In this document: one piece after another, positions 18,837-28,972 of the stretch
How positions within the stretch are numbered: the stretch's first letter is position 1
Layout: each line of letters begins with the position of its first letter
NCBI GenBank assembly: GCA_963699255.1
Contig: OY969425.1
Coordinates: 1,080,001-1,112,000, forward strand
DNA: 32,000 nucleotides
Direction of reading: 5' to 3'
Origin: an uncultured bacterium
GTDB taxonomy: Bacteria; Margulisbacteria; WOR-1; CAVSGV01
Program-made: the position numbers and the translations under genes
The notes under the pieces: model-generated
The model's input: the letters and a program-made list of their open reading frames with translations, nothing else
What the model was told of the DNA's origin: nothing
Database searches by the model: none

Positions 18837-19877
18837 ATGAACACAGACAAACTGCCCGAACTCGGAAAGATCCATCCTGACTTCTTCGACCGCGTGATAT
18901 ATCCCCGCTTGGGGGCTGATGATAAGAACATAGTGATCGGGCCCAGGCACGGCGTTGATTACGGGGTATTAAAGGTCGGCGACAAATATCTGGCGATATC
19001 CACAGACCCGTTCTTCATAGTCCCTTCCTTCGGATTCTCAAAAGCCGCGTGGTTCGGATTACATATAATACTATGCGATGTCGCGGTATCGGGACTTAAA
19101 CCAAGATACCTGACGATCGACCTCAACCTGCCTCCCGAGATGACCGAAGTTCAGCTGGAAGAAATGTGGGAGACCGTACATTCGGAATCGAAAAAATACG
19201 GCATAAGCGTGATCACAGGCCACACCGCGCGCTATACCGGATGTAACTATCCCATGGTCGGCGGAGCGACCGCCATCGCTATCGGCGGTGAAAAAGACCT
19301 GAGAGGCCCTCAAAAGGTGAAAGCCGGGGACAAGATCATCATAACGAAAGGCCCCGCAATAGAGACGACCGGCCTGCTTGCAGTCCTGTTCCCTCAAAAA
19401 TTCATTGAGGCCGGCGGCAAAGCTTTCCAGAAAGAGGCCGCGGATATTTTTGCCCAGATGTCGGTGATGGATGACTGCGCCATCGCGCGTGAATTTCCCG
19501 GGACCCGCGTTATGCACGACGCGACGGAGTGCGGGATATGGGGCGGACTTTACGAGATGGCGAAGGCGGGGAAATATGGAATAAGGGTTGAGGAGGAATT
19601 GATACCTATTCAGCCCGTAATCAAGAAGACCGCTGAACTTTTCAAGTTCGATCCTTTCTGCTCGATAAGCGAAGGAACTCTCATTGCGATCGTTGACGGG
19701 AAGGAAGCCGATGAACTCGTTGCTGCGTTTAAGAGAAACGGGATATTAAGCGCGGTCGTCGGCGATGTTCTGGCAGGGAACAAGGGGATCAAGATAGTCA
19801 GCGAAGGAAAAGAAAGAACGCTCGAACACCCTAAGATCGATCCTTACTGGAAATTAGCCGCGGAGTTTTCCAAGTGA
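18837..19877 (+). CDS. PurM/AIR synthase superfamily protein (HypE/ThiL-like), TPP-regulated
   Basis: 346 aa with AIRS-family blocks DPFFIVPSFGFSKAAWFGLHIILCDVAVSGLKPRYLTIDLNLP, VTGHTARY...VGGATAI, VMHDATECGIWGGLYEMA. Confidence 0.8.
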   Translation: MNTDKLPELGKIHPDFFDRVIYPRLGADDKNIVIGPRHGVDYGVLKVGDKYLAISTDPFFIVPSFGFSKAAWFGLHIILCDVAVSGLKPRYLTIDLNLPPEMTEVQLEEMWETVHSESKKYGISVITGHTARYTGCNYPMVGGATAIAIGGEKDLRGPQKVKAGDKIIITKGPAIETTGLLAVLFPQKFIEAGGKAFQKEAADIFAQMSVMDDCAIAREFPGTRVMHDATECGIWGGLYEMAKAGKYGIRVEEELIPIQPVIKKTAELFKFDPFCSISEGTLIAIVDGKEADELVAAFKRNGILSAVVGDVLAGNKGIKIVSEGKERTLEHPKIDPYWKLAAEFSK

Positions 19878-19885
19878 GCTTTGAA

Positions 19886-20791
19886 CTAAAGGCTTGGTTT
19901 TAATTCTTTCTTCAGGCCCGTGTCTATCTTTAGCTTCATGCCGACTTTAAGCTGGCTTAAATTGGCGAGCCCGTTCATCTGGGCAATTTCTTTATAATAA
20001 GATGCCGATCCGTTGAAATATTTCCTTGAGATGCTCATCAGCGTTTCCTTGGGCATGACAACATGATAAACGATCCCGCCTGTTGAGGGTTTTATTGAAG
20101 GCTTTATGGAGGGCTTCGGCGAAACCTTATGCGCCGCCTCTACCGTGCCGACCTTTCCGCCTTTTATGTTCAGATCTATCATCAAGCTTGTGCCCTGGGG
20201 AAGATATCCGATATCCGTGATATTGTTCATTTTCGCGATATCCCTGTAATAAGCCGGCGTTCCGAAATATTTCCTTGAAATGCTCATCAGCGTATCGCCC
20301 ATCATTACTTCATGATAAACAATATTGCGGGTCACGGTTTTTGGCTTCTCCGCCTTTTCAGGTATCACAACACCGGCCTGTTCTTCAGGTTTCAATTCGG
20401 GATACTTTTGTTTTATTGCCAGGATCCTCTGTCCTATTTTATTTTCCCGGTCAGCCATGACGCGCTCCGCTGCCTGAAGCTCTGATACCTTTTTTGTGTC
20501 ATCAGCCGTTTTTGCCTTAATGATCTTCTTGTTCAGATTGTCCATATAATTATCGATATTCTCACGCTGTGCCTCCAACGATGTCAGTTCTGTTTTAGCA
20601 TTTTCAGTTTCCGTGTTTCCGGCTGTAACTTCAACTGTCGGGGCAACGGGTTTGGATTCGGTCGTTTGCGTTTGAATAGGGGCGGTTTCTTCCTTTGGAG
20701 CTTCAGGGGCGGGGCCACCCATTGCAAAGGCAGCAGTTCCCACAAGGACCGCGAACAAAAAAGCCGAAATTAAGATCGCTCTATGTTTCAT
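19886..20791 (-). CDS. Secreted protein with two LysM domains
   Basis: Signal-like MKHRAILISAFLFAVLVGTAAFA; LysM repeats YHEVMMGDTLMSISRKYFGTPAYYRDIAKMNNI and YHVVMPKETLMSISRKYFNGSASYYKEIAQMNGL. Confidence 0.88.
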   Translation of the reverse strand: MKHRAILISAFLFAVLVGTAAFAMGGPAPEAPKEETAPIQTQTTESKPVAPTVEVTAGNTETENAKTELTSLEAQRENIDNYMDNLNKKIIKAKTADDTKKVSELQAAERVMADRENKIGQRILAIKQKYPELKPEEQAGVVIPEKAEKPKTVTRNIVYHEVMMGDTLMSISRKYFGTPAYYRDIAKMNNITDIGYLPQGTSLMIDLNIKGGKVGTVEAAHKVSPKPSIKPSIKPSTGGIVYHVVMPKETLMSISRKYFNGSASYYKEIAQMNGLANLSQLKVGMKLKIDTGLKKELKPSL

Positions 20792-20923
20792 ATCTGTGCG
20801 GATTCTATCACACATTAATTCACGAGTAAATATACGCACCAAAATTTTCAATCGATCGGGTCCTCCCTCATAACCTAACAATTTCACGATCCCCTCAATT
20901 CCATCGAGGCGCTCTAAGAAAAA

Positions 20924-20998
<75 letters not shown>

Positions 20999-21120
20999 AC
21001 GGCTACGCCATAATGTCCAATTTCAAATGGCAAATGTCAAATTAAATCCAGTTTAAAATCCCTAATTTGGCATTTGTCATTGGTCATTTGTCATTCCATT
21101 CCGACCCCCGGTCGGGATGG

Positions 21121-21167
21121 TGGCTCGACCCGTTTCCTGCCGAGCCATCCCTCTGATTATACCCAAC
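21121..21167 (+). repeat. 47-bp inverted repeat, outer copy left of the GHKL/protease cassette
   Basis: Reverse complement of 25003-25049 with two adjacent mismatches (21148-21149). Confidence 0.9.
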
Positions 21168-21184
21168 ACTATTCACGGGTGCAA
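21156..21184 (-). promoter_or_regulatory. Sigma70-like promoter TTGCAC-N17-TATAAT reading towards tRNA-Pro
   Basis: On minus strand, -35 at 21179-21184 and -10 at 21156-21161 with 17-nt spacer. Confidence 0.65.
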
Positions 21185-21268
21185 GAAAAAGGATTTACAT
21201 AGGCTATAGCTAGAGGGAACAGCGGTCTTCGCTTCCCCCACACCCCCGCGAAGACCGCTGTTAATTAA

Positions 21269-22000
21269 TCATGATTCTTTCTTTTTTTGAGATAGCGCAC
21301 TTTCTATGCCAAATAAAATTAAATGTGCTGAGCAAGCCAAGGAGATGCCGGAATTATAAGGTAGCTTTGCAACGCGTTTATTATTATCATCATATAAAGA
21401 AATTGAGTCGGGCAAAAACCCATATATTATTCCAATAAATTTCCCATCTTCTTGGGAGAATACTGGGGAGCCACTATTCCCGTGGCTGGCAGCCCCGTCA
21501 ATCAATAAAACATTTTTATCTTTTGTGATATTGGCAATGCTCCCTCGTCTAATAAACGGCTTAAATTGCAATTCTTCATTAGCAAGTCCCAATGGGTATC
21601 CTAAATATACAACAAATAAGCCCTCTTTAATCTCGCTATGCTGTTTCAGCTCGTCAACATCTAGTAATTCGCGCGGCCCAAACACTTCCTCCAGCGTTTT
21701 ACCAACATCCTCTTGCCTATGTGGTATTGAAAATAATGCCAAATCAAGGTTTGTATGAGCAGTTTCAAACTTGACTTTTCTTATTATCCTCTTATCGGGA
21801 TTAAGAAGCACTTTTATTTCACCATTTCTTGCAAGTTGGCCTACATGTTTATTTGTTAAAATAAAAGGAACAAATTCATCTTGCGATATCTTCTTTTGTA
21901 TAAGTGTGCCAGTCATTGATGGTGTTTCACGCTCCCAATCCAATATTGCAACAACACTTTTGTGACGTTTAATGTAAATTTCCCTGGTATCAATCGCCAT
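21269..22000 (-). CDS. Trypsin-like (S1/HtrA-type) serine protease domain protein
   Basis: Likely triad: LTNKHVG (His), THTNLDLALF-like (Asp), DGAASHGNSGSPVF (Ser). Confidence 0.8.
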   Translation of the reverse strand: MAIDTREIYIKRHKSVVAILDWERETPSMTGTLIQKKISQDEFVPFILTNKHVGQLARNGEIKVLLNPDKRIIRKVKFETAHTNLDLALFSIPHRQEDVGKTLEEVFGPRELLDVDELKQHSEIKEGLFVVYLGYPLGLANEELQFKPFIRRGSIANITKDKNVLLIDGAASHGNSGSPVFSQEDGKFIGIIYGFLPDSISLYDDNNKRVAKLPYNSGISLACSAHLILFGIESALSQKKKES

Positions 22001-22124
22001 ATTGTTTCATGCCCCCTTTCTCAATCATCTCTTTACCCTGCCATTCTATTAATTATTTCCTGAATCATCTCAAGATGTTTAATTTTGTTTGACATCATTT
22101 AGCCTTCAATAAATCGCTCTAAAA

Positions 22125-23114
22125 TTATTTGCACAACAAATATTTAACTTTATTGCCTGACCCAACACATTTAATTTTACCTTCAGAAGCGAGTTCTTTT
22201 ACATATTTACAGACCGTGAGATATCCCCTTCTAATTGTATGTGATATTTCATTTATAGATAGTTTGTCCGCAGTTTGCAACAATTGAATAATTTGCTGCT
22301 TACTTTCCATCTTTCTTTCTTTAGCCTCTCTTGATCTTGCTTCCACGGTTTTTGAAAATGCTGCTAATGTATTAGGATGCATTCTATGTTTAGGCCTTTC
22401 GATACCATATTCTATTCTAAATTTATGTATATTCCCCCAATACCGATTAATCTTCCTCCAAGTTAACGCCCAAGACATCCTCGAGCTTAGTTCTGTTGTG
22501 CTGGGATGATGCCCTAAGCAATCAACTATCTGCTGATACCCTTGCAAGCATTTCCCAATCCTTTGTTGCCTTTTGTATTCACCATAATCAATATTAAAAT
22601 GCTTAATAAGTAACTTTAAGTCAATATTATCAATATTAAGCTTCTCGCATAATTCGTTTGTATTAAATGTTTCTCTGATAGCCGCGATAATCCTATCCCT
22701 TGAATATGAGGTGACAAGCTTTTCAATGTTATGCACCTTGTGCCTTTCATAAACAAATAACCCGTACTTACCGCCCTTTTCCAATAATTGTCTTACGCGT
22801 TCCCTTGTAACATTTAATTCATCTCCAACTTTTTGTAACGTTAAATATTTATCATATAGTGTTTTTACCTCCATCAAATGTTTTGCTACATCAGGGGAAA
22901 CAGGCCTCTCTATCCCCAACCTTTTTCGAAGTTCAAATATTCCAATCCCTCCATCAGGATCAAGCAACTCTAAAAGAAATGAATACGGCACATTAAGTAT
23001 TTGTGCTACCTTAACCAAGGAATAAGCATTTCGCCACATTCTAATAATCTCATACTTAATGGCCTCAGAATTCTTGGTGTTAAACAATAACTGCAGTTTT
23101 TTTAATGGCTTCAT
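22125..23114 (-). CDS. HTH protein with sigma70-region-4-like segment
   Basis: DKYLTLQKVGDELNVTRERVRQLLEKG; second HTH-like region near C-terminus; start overlaps stop of upstream ATPase gene. Confidence 0.6.
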   Translation of the reverse strand: MKPLKKLQLLFNTKNSEAIKYEIIRMWRNAYSLVKVAQILNVPYSFLLELLDPDGGIGIFELRKRLGIERPVSPDVAKHLMEVKTLYDKYLTLQKVGDELNVTRERVRQLLEKGGKYGLFVYERHKVHNIEKLVTSYSRDRIIAAIRETFNTNELCEKLNIDNIDLKLLIKHFNIDYGEYKRQQRIGKCLQGYQQIVDCLGHHPSTTELSSRMSWALTWRKINRYWGNIHKFRIEYGIERPKHRMHPNTLAAFSKTVEARSREAKERKMESKQQIIQLLQTADKLSINEISHTIRRGYLTVCKYVKELASEGKIKCVGSGNKVKYLLCK

Positions 23115-24853
23115 TCTTCTGTCTCTTTAGGCGCCTGTTTTGAGGCAAGCCGGGCTAACTCATTGTAGACTTGATTAAAAATAATAAGGTTCCCTTCGCT
23201 ATAGTCATGGGAAATTTCAGTAAAAGCAACATCACGAACAAGGCTATCCAGACAAGCATCCTTTGAAGCTCTTATATAAAAACTATGCTTTTCGTTGATC
23301 TCAATTAAATTGCTATCCTTTGTAAACTTCACTAAATCTCCTGTTTCTGACATATCTACAGTATTTATATTATAATTCTTGCCTGAATATGCCATTTTTT
23401 CTGCTTTATTAAGACTTTGGTTCCTTCTTTCCCTTTTATCTTTCCCTCTAGTTACAACACCAGCTGCTTTTTTTGCCTCTTCTTCAACCTTATCTAAATT
23501 CGGATAAGGATTATCGGGCGCGTTCTCAATTTCCTTTGTAAACTCTTTTTTAATTTTTGCTTCTAAACTACCCAGAGTAAGCGGATCATCAAGTTTAGAA
23601 ACAATAGTATTTACTTCGGTCTCAACTCGCTTTACTATATTTCGATCCTGTTCCTTCTTTGCAGTTTCATCTTTTTTTAATAACTTATTTTGAACATCAG
23701 AAATTGACTTGTGTCCAAAATCCCAATACTCCCGATATTCAGGACAATCTACGAAATCGTTTTTTGCAAATGTAACAAAGTTTTTAAGCCCGTCCGCTTC
23801 CCCATATCCAAATAACCTATATCGATATCTTCCTCCTGATGTTAATCTAAACAAATCAAACCATTCAGCTTTCTCATTGACAATTCTGCCATTTACTCGC
23901 GTCCATACCCCCTGCTTTGTTACAGGGATAGGCTCTTTGGTGAAATAGATAACTAATTTTACATGGCCAATTAGCTTGAGATCTTTCTCATATTCAAATT
24001 TTTCGTTATACTCAAATTTTGGCTCCTCTATTTCAATATCTTTTCTTTCTCTCTCTTTAATAATTGACATAATTATTTTAAAGTTTTGACTTTTTGGCAT
24101 TTTATTTTCAAATCGTTCAATCAAGCGATCACTATCAATAGTTTTAGCGTTTAATTGTTCCATATAAATTGCTGTACCATGTAAGTCTTTTCCACATTGC
24201 TTTGTGAACACTTTGCTTCTTATTGCACTTACATATTTTGCCTTGTCCAATTCTGCTCTATTCATATTGAAAATATGTTCTTTTCCATCTTTTTTCGTTA
24301 TTATCTTGCATACCTTACATATATTTGTTATTGCTAATTTACCACCCATTCCATATTCGCCAATTGGAGATCTACTAAATTTTGGGGATTTTGAATCAGC
24401 AGTTTTATTACTTTCTCCGTATATTACATATGATGCGAGAGCTTCTTCGTCCATCCCATTTCCATCATCAATAATATTTAAAGCATTTTTGTCATAATCT
24501 AATATTATCTGGACCGTAGTTGCGTCTGCATCATATGCGTTAACAATTAATTCTTCGATATTTGAAGCAAGTTCTTGAAAGGTTCTTTTTGCCATCTTTT
24601 TAATGCCGACTGTTGCAAAATCTCCCCTTAATTCCCATTCCTTAAATTCTTCTCCTTCATTTTCCGATTTAATATTCTCATGGTCATGAATGTAATCCGT
24701 AACAGTCTTTTTTGAGAATTTGTATCTTGATCCAACTTTCCTTCCGGGAAGATCCCCTTTTTCAGCTAATTTATAAAGTGTCTGTCTCGTAATTCCAAGC
24801 AATTTACATGCTTCTTCGGTAGATATTGGTTCCAATAAATTATTTTCATTCAT
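23111..24853 (-). CDS. GHKL (MORC/Hsp90-like) ATPase with N-terminal excisionase-type HTH
   Basis: STEEACKLLGITRQTLYKLAEKGDLPGRKVGSRYKFSKKTVTDYI; ATPase motifs IEELIVNAYDADAT, IIDDGNGMDEEAL, IGEYGMGGKLA. Confidence 0.82.
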   Translation of the reverse strand: MNENNLLEPISTEEACKLLGITRQTLYKLAEKGDLPGRKVGSRYKFSKKTVTDYIHDHENIKSENEGEEFKEWELRGDFATVGIKKMAKRTFQELASNIEELIVNAYDADATTVQIILDYDKNALNIIDDGNGMDEEALASYVIYGESNKTADSKSPKFSRSPIGEYGMGGKLAITNICKVCKIITKKDGKEHIFNMNRAELDKAKYVSAIRSKVFTKQCGKDLHGTAIYMEQLNAKTIDSDRLIERFENKMPKSQNFKIIMSIIKERERKDIEIEEPKFEYNEKFEYEKDLKLIGHVKLVIYFTKEPIPVTKQGVWTRVNGRIVNEKAEWFDLFRLTSGGRYRYRLFGYGEADGLKNFVTFAKNDFVDCPEYREYWDFGHKSISDVQNKLLKKDETAKKEQDRNIVKRVETEVNTIVSKLDDPLTLGSLEAKIKKEFTKEIENAPDNPYPNLDKVEEEAKKAAGVVTRGKDKRERRNQSLNKAEKMAYSGKNYNINTVDMSETGDLVKFTKDSNLIEINEKHSFYIRASKDACLDSLVRDVAFTEISHDYSEGNLIIFNQVYNELARLASKQAPKETEE

Positions 24854-25002
24854 AATAGTTCAACCTCCCAATTACTTATTTTAACACATTTACTAATACA
24901 TACAGATATTAACACATATTAACATTTATGTCAAGAGGCAAAATGCTGGGCGCCATTTATAAGAGTGGGGGTCTAAGGAACGCGCCCGCATGTAGTGAAT
25001 GC

Positions 25003-25049
25003 GTTGGGTATAATCAGAGGTCTGGCTCGGCAGGAAACGGGTCGAGCCA
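25003..25049 (+). repeat. 47-bp inverted repeat, right copy, abutting the left arm of element 2
   Basis: gttgggTATAATcagaggtctggctcggcaggaaacgggtcgagcca, reverse complement of 21121-21167. Confidence 0.9.
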
Positions 25050-25231
25050 TTTTATCGTTCCCGCAAACCATTGCGGATTTTGGGCGGCTTGGAGCGGCGC
25101 TTGCGTCGCGACAAGCCGCCTTATTCTTAGCTGAAAGCAAGTTCTCTTCCGCCGAAGGGTCGCAAAGCGGGCCGTAGGCGGCATTTTTAGCGTCAGCGCA
25201 GGAAGGATCTCCGCTCTCGGAATACAATAAC
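25047..25231 (+). repeat. Left arm of 185-bp inverted repeat, element 2
   Basis: Reverse complement of 27568-27752 with one mismatch seen. Confidence 0.95.
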
Positions 25232-25306
25232 ATGCCTTCTATTGCCTCTATCGAATATTATGCCACTTTCCGATGTGCCATTTAATTTTTCCATCATTTC
25301 CAGTAT

Positions 25307-25550
25307 AGCATTTTTTTGCTTTTCTCCTGTAAAGGTCGCTCACGGAGGGACTTCGTATAAAGCACTCTATCCAGAAAAATCCTCATCCTTGCGGATATTT
25401 TCTGGTAAAAGTTCGCTCCCTCCTCCAGTCGCCCGCCTCCGGCGAGGCTCCTTCCGGCCCTCCGCTTCGTTACGCTCTCTCGCCCATATCTCCGCTTAAG
25501 GTAGGCTCGTTCGCTTCACTCGCTTCGGGTGACAGGCGCAAAAAAATGCT
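25307..25550 (+). ncRNA. Candidate structured leader RNA, copy 2 (closing stem AGCATTTTTTTGC / GCAAAAAAATGCT)
   Basis: Same length and block order as 11729-11973; perfect 13-bp terminal pairing with different sequence. Confidence 0.6.
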
Positions 25551-25591
25551 CCTCCTTCCTTGTATTCATATTTTTTACAGGAGGTGGTCAT

Positions 25592-26116
25592 ATGTCTCGT
25601 ATTGTTGGTATTGTTGGTTCCAGGTCTCTTCCCGCTTCTTTTTCCTCGCTCATTTCCTCGCTTGTGTCCGCGTTAGTTGCTCGTGGTTTCAGGGTGGCCT
25701 CAGGCGGCGCTGTAGGGGCTGATCAGTTTGCTCTTTCAGCCCTCGTTGAGCAGGGTTTGTCTGCATCGGGTGTTGTTTTTTCTGCCTGGGCTTCCGCTTC
25801 CGGTTTTCCTGTTCCGGTCCGGCCTCTTGTTTCCCGTTTTCTTGCTTCCGGTGGTCAGGTTGTTTGGGGTTCCGGTTCGTCGTCTCAGCCTCGTTCAGCG
25901 GTGGTTTCCGCGCTTCTCGGCAGGAACAGCCGTCTTGTTTCAGCCTGTTCGCTTGTCATTGCTTTCATTCACGGCCAGTCCCGGGGAACGCTTTACACCA
26001 TCCGTCAGGCTGTCAGGCGCGGTATTCCTGTTTATGTGTTCCTTTGCAGTGAGGCTTCATTGCCAGCTGATTTGGCTCCTCACTGTTTAGTTATAAATAA
26101 AAGGGAGGTGGTTTAG
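25592..26116 (+). CDS. DprA/SLOG-like Rossmann protein, intact copy
   Basis: MSRIVGIVGSRSLPASFSSLISSLVSALVARGFRVASGGAVGADQFALSALVEQG..., GSR and SGGAVGAD motifs typical of nucleotide-binding SLOG/DprA fold; SD ACAGGAGGTGG. Confidence 0.8.
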   Translation: MSRIVGIVGSRSLPASFSSLISSLVSALVARGFRVASGGAVGADQFALSALVEQGLSASGVVFSAWASASGFPVPVRPLVSRFLASGGQVVWGSGSSSQPRSAVVSALLGRNSRLVSACSLVIAFIHGQSRGTLYTIRQAVRRGIPVYVFLCSEASLPADLAPHCLVINKREVV

Positions 26117-26117
26117 T

Positions 26118-26309
26118 ATGGTTTTCATTCCCATTCATCCGTGCTGTTACTGTGGAAAAACCGAGACAGGATATGCCTGTACGACAGCAGAAAAAGTCGA
26201 GTGTTTTAAATTTCTGAATTATATTCAGAAACTCAACAGAATGAGGGCGCAGAAAGTGCTGATAAAAGAGCTTAAATATTTACTAGAAACAAACAAAGGA
26301 GGTAAATAA
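26118..26309 (+). CDS. Small Cys-rich protein, 63 aa
   Basis: MVFIPIHPCCYCGKTETGYACTTAEKVECFKFLNYIQKLNRMRAQKVLIKELKYLLETNKGGK; conserved with 12553-12729. Confidence 0.75.
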   Translation: MVFIPIHPCCYCGKTETGYACTTAEKVECFKFLNYIQKLNRMRAQKVLIKELKYLLETNKGGK

Positions 26310-26311
26310 TC

Positions 26312-27821
<1,510 letters not shown>

Positions 27822-28108
27822 CGGCCCCGACTACGTCGGGGAAATTCCAATCATCAAATCCCAATAACCAAATAAATCCTAAATTTAAAATCTAAACCCC
27901 AAATTTGGATGTTGGAATTTGGTTATTTCATCCCTTCGGGGCGGCTTGGCCATTTTGAAGTATCGGAACCATACTTCGCTTTGTTTTCTACCAATTTGGA
28001 CTTGAATGTTTTAATGTTCTCCAAAAGGCCCGAAACCGTCTTCTCGAATTCCTCTACTCTCTTCATAAGCTCTTCAAAAGTCGTTGGTTTTTCCGCCATA
28101 TAAACCTC

Positions 28109-28576
28109 CTATTTGCCGGTGACATTCCTGAAACCGCCAGAAGCATTAGAGAATAATGAAGTGACCGAAGAGAATATCTGGGCTACCAATGCCGCGGTGC
28201 GTTCCGGCCCCAACACCCCGGCAATGATACCAATAACCGTGATCAAAATGAACACAATAGTAAGATTGATCATCAGGGCGTTCTGTTTGGATGTGCCTTT
28301 CATCTCATTTATAAGGTTTTTGTGCAGGTCCACGATCAGCTTGTGCGGATCCGAAGCCTTATGTGCTTCATGCTCGGCATGGTCATGGTCGCCAACAAAT
28401 GATAATATAATGAGGAAGAAAAAAATGAACGCAAATACCGCGACCGCGGCGATACCCGCCATGAGAACATTATCCGGCACATTGCTCAAGCTGGGCAGCT
28501 TCCTTAATGTAGATATTATATTTATCACTAACATGCGGATGCAGATTATATCAGAATTTGCGCTTTTTGTGAACAC
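28109..28576 (-). CDS. Hypothetical membrane protein with two hydrophobic segments
   Basis: VLMAGIAAVAVFAFIFFFLIILSFVG and NALMINLTIVFILITVIGIIAGVLG; true start may be internal. Confidence 0.5.
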   Translation of the reverse strand: MFTKSANSDIICIRMLVINIISTLRKLPSLSNVPDNVLMAGIAAVAVFAFIFFFLIILSFVGDHDHAEHEAHKASDPHKLIVDLHKNLINEMKGTSKQNALMINLTIVFILITVIGIIAGVLGPERTAALVAQIFSSVTSLFSNASGGFRNVTGK

Positions 28577-28602
28577 CCTGTAAAATATAATGACAAATAT
28601 TC

Positions 28603-28890
28603 AATGACCAATGTCAAATGAATGAATGTATAATCATTATTCTTTAACTTGTCATTTGTAATTTGTTCATTGGGAATTATCCCGCGAAAGCGGGATTGCG
28701 GGCGGTTAGTTCAGCGGTAGAACGCTTGCTTCACACGCAAGAAGTCAAAGGTTCGATTCCTTTACCGCCCACCACTCCGCCTTTGGCGGAGAATGACAAA
28801 TGTCCAATGACCAATGTCAAATTAATGTATAATCATTATTCCTTAATTTGTCATTTGTAATTTGTTCATTGGAAATTATCCCGAAGGGAT
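28603..28890 (+). repeat. ~80-bp direct repeat upstream of each of two tRNA-Val genes
   Basis: CAATGACCAATGTCAAAT...ATGTATAATCATTATTC(T/C)TTAA...TTGTCATTTGTAATTTGTTCATTGG(G/A)AATTATCCCG at ~28605-28683 and ~28805-28883. Confidence 0.85.
28700..28774 (+). tRNA. tRNA-Val(CAC), CCA encoded
   Basis: GGGCGGTTAGTTCAGCGGTAGAACGCTTGCTTCACACGCAAGAAGTCAAAGGTTCGATTCCTTTACCGCCCACCA. Confidence 0.93.
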
Positions 28891-28892
28891 CA

Positions 28893-28964
28893 GGGCGCGT
28901 AGTTCAGCGGTAGAATGCCTCGCTTACACCGAGGAGGTCAGAGGTTCGACACCTCTCGCGCCCA
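28893..28964 (+). tRNA. tRNA-Val(TAC)
   Basis: GGGCGCGTAGTTCAGCGGTAGAATGCCTCGCTTACACCGAGGAGGTCAGAGGTTCGACACCTCTCGCGCCCA. Confidence 0.93.
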
Positions 28965-28972
28965 TTAGTTTT

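Noticed and set aside
24973-25233. Minus ORF MLLYSESGDPSCADAKNAAYG... and 14716-15006 minus ORF as separate genes
   Set aside because: They are the inverted copies of recombinase 3' ends within the repeat arms, not independent genes.
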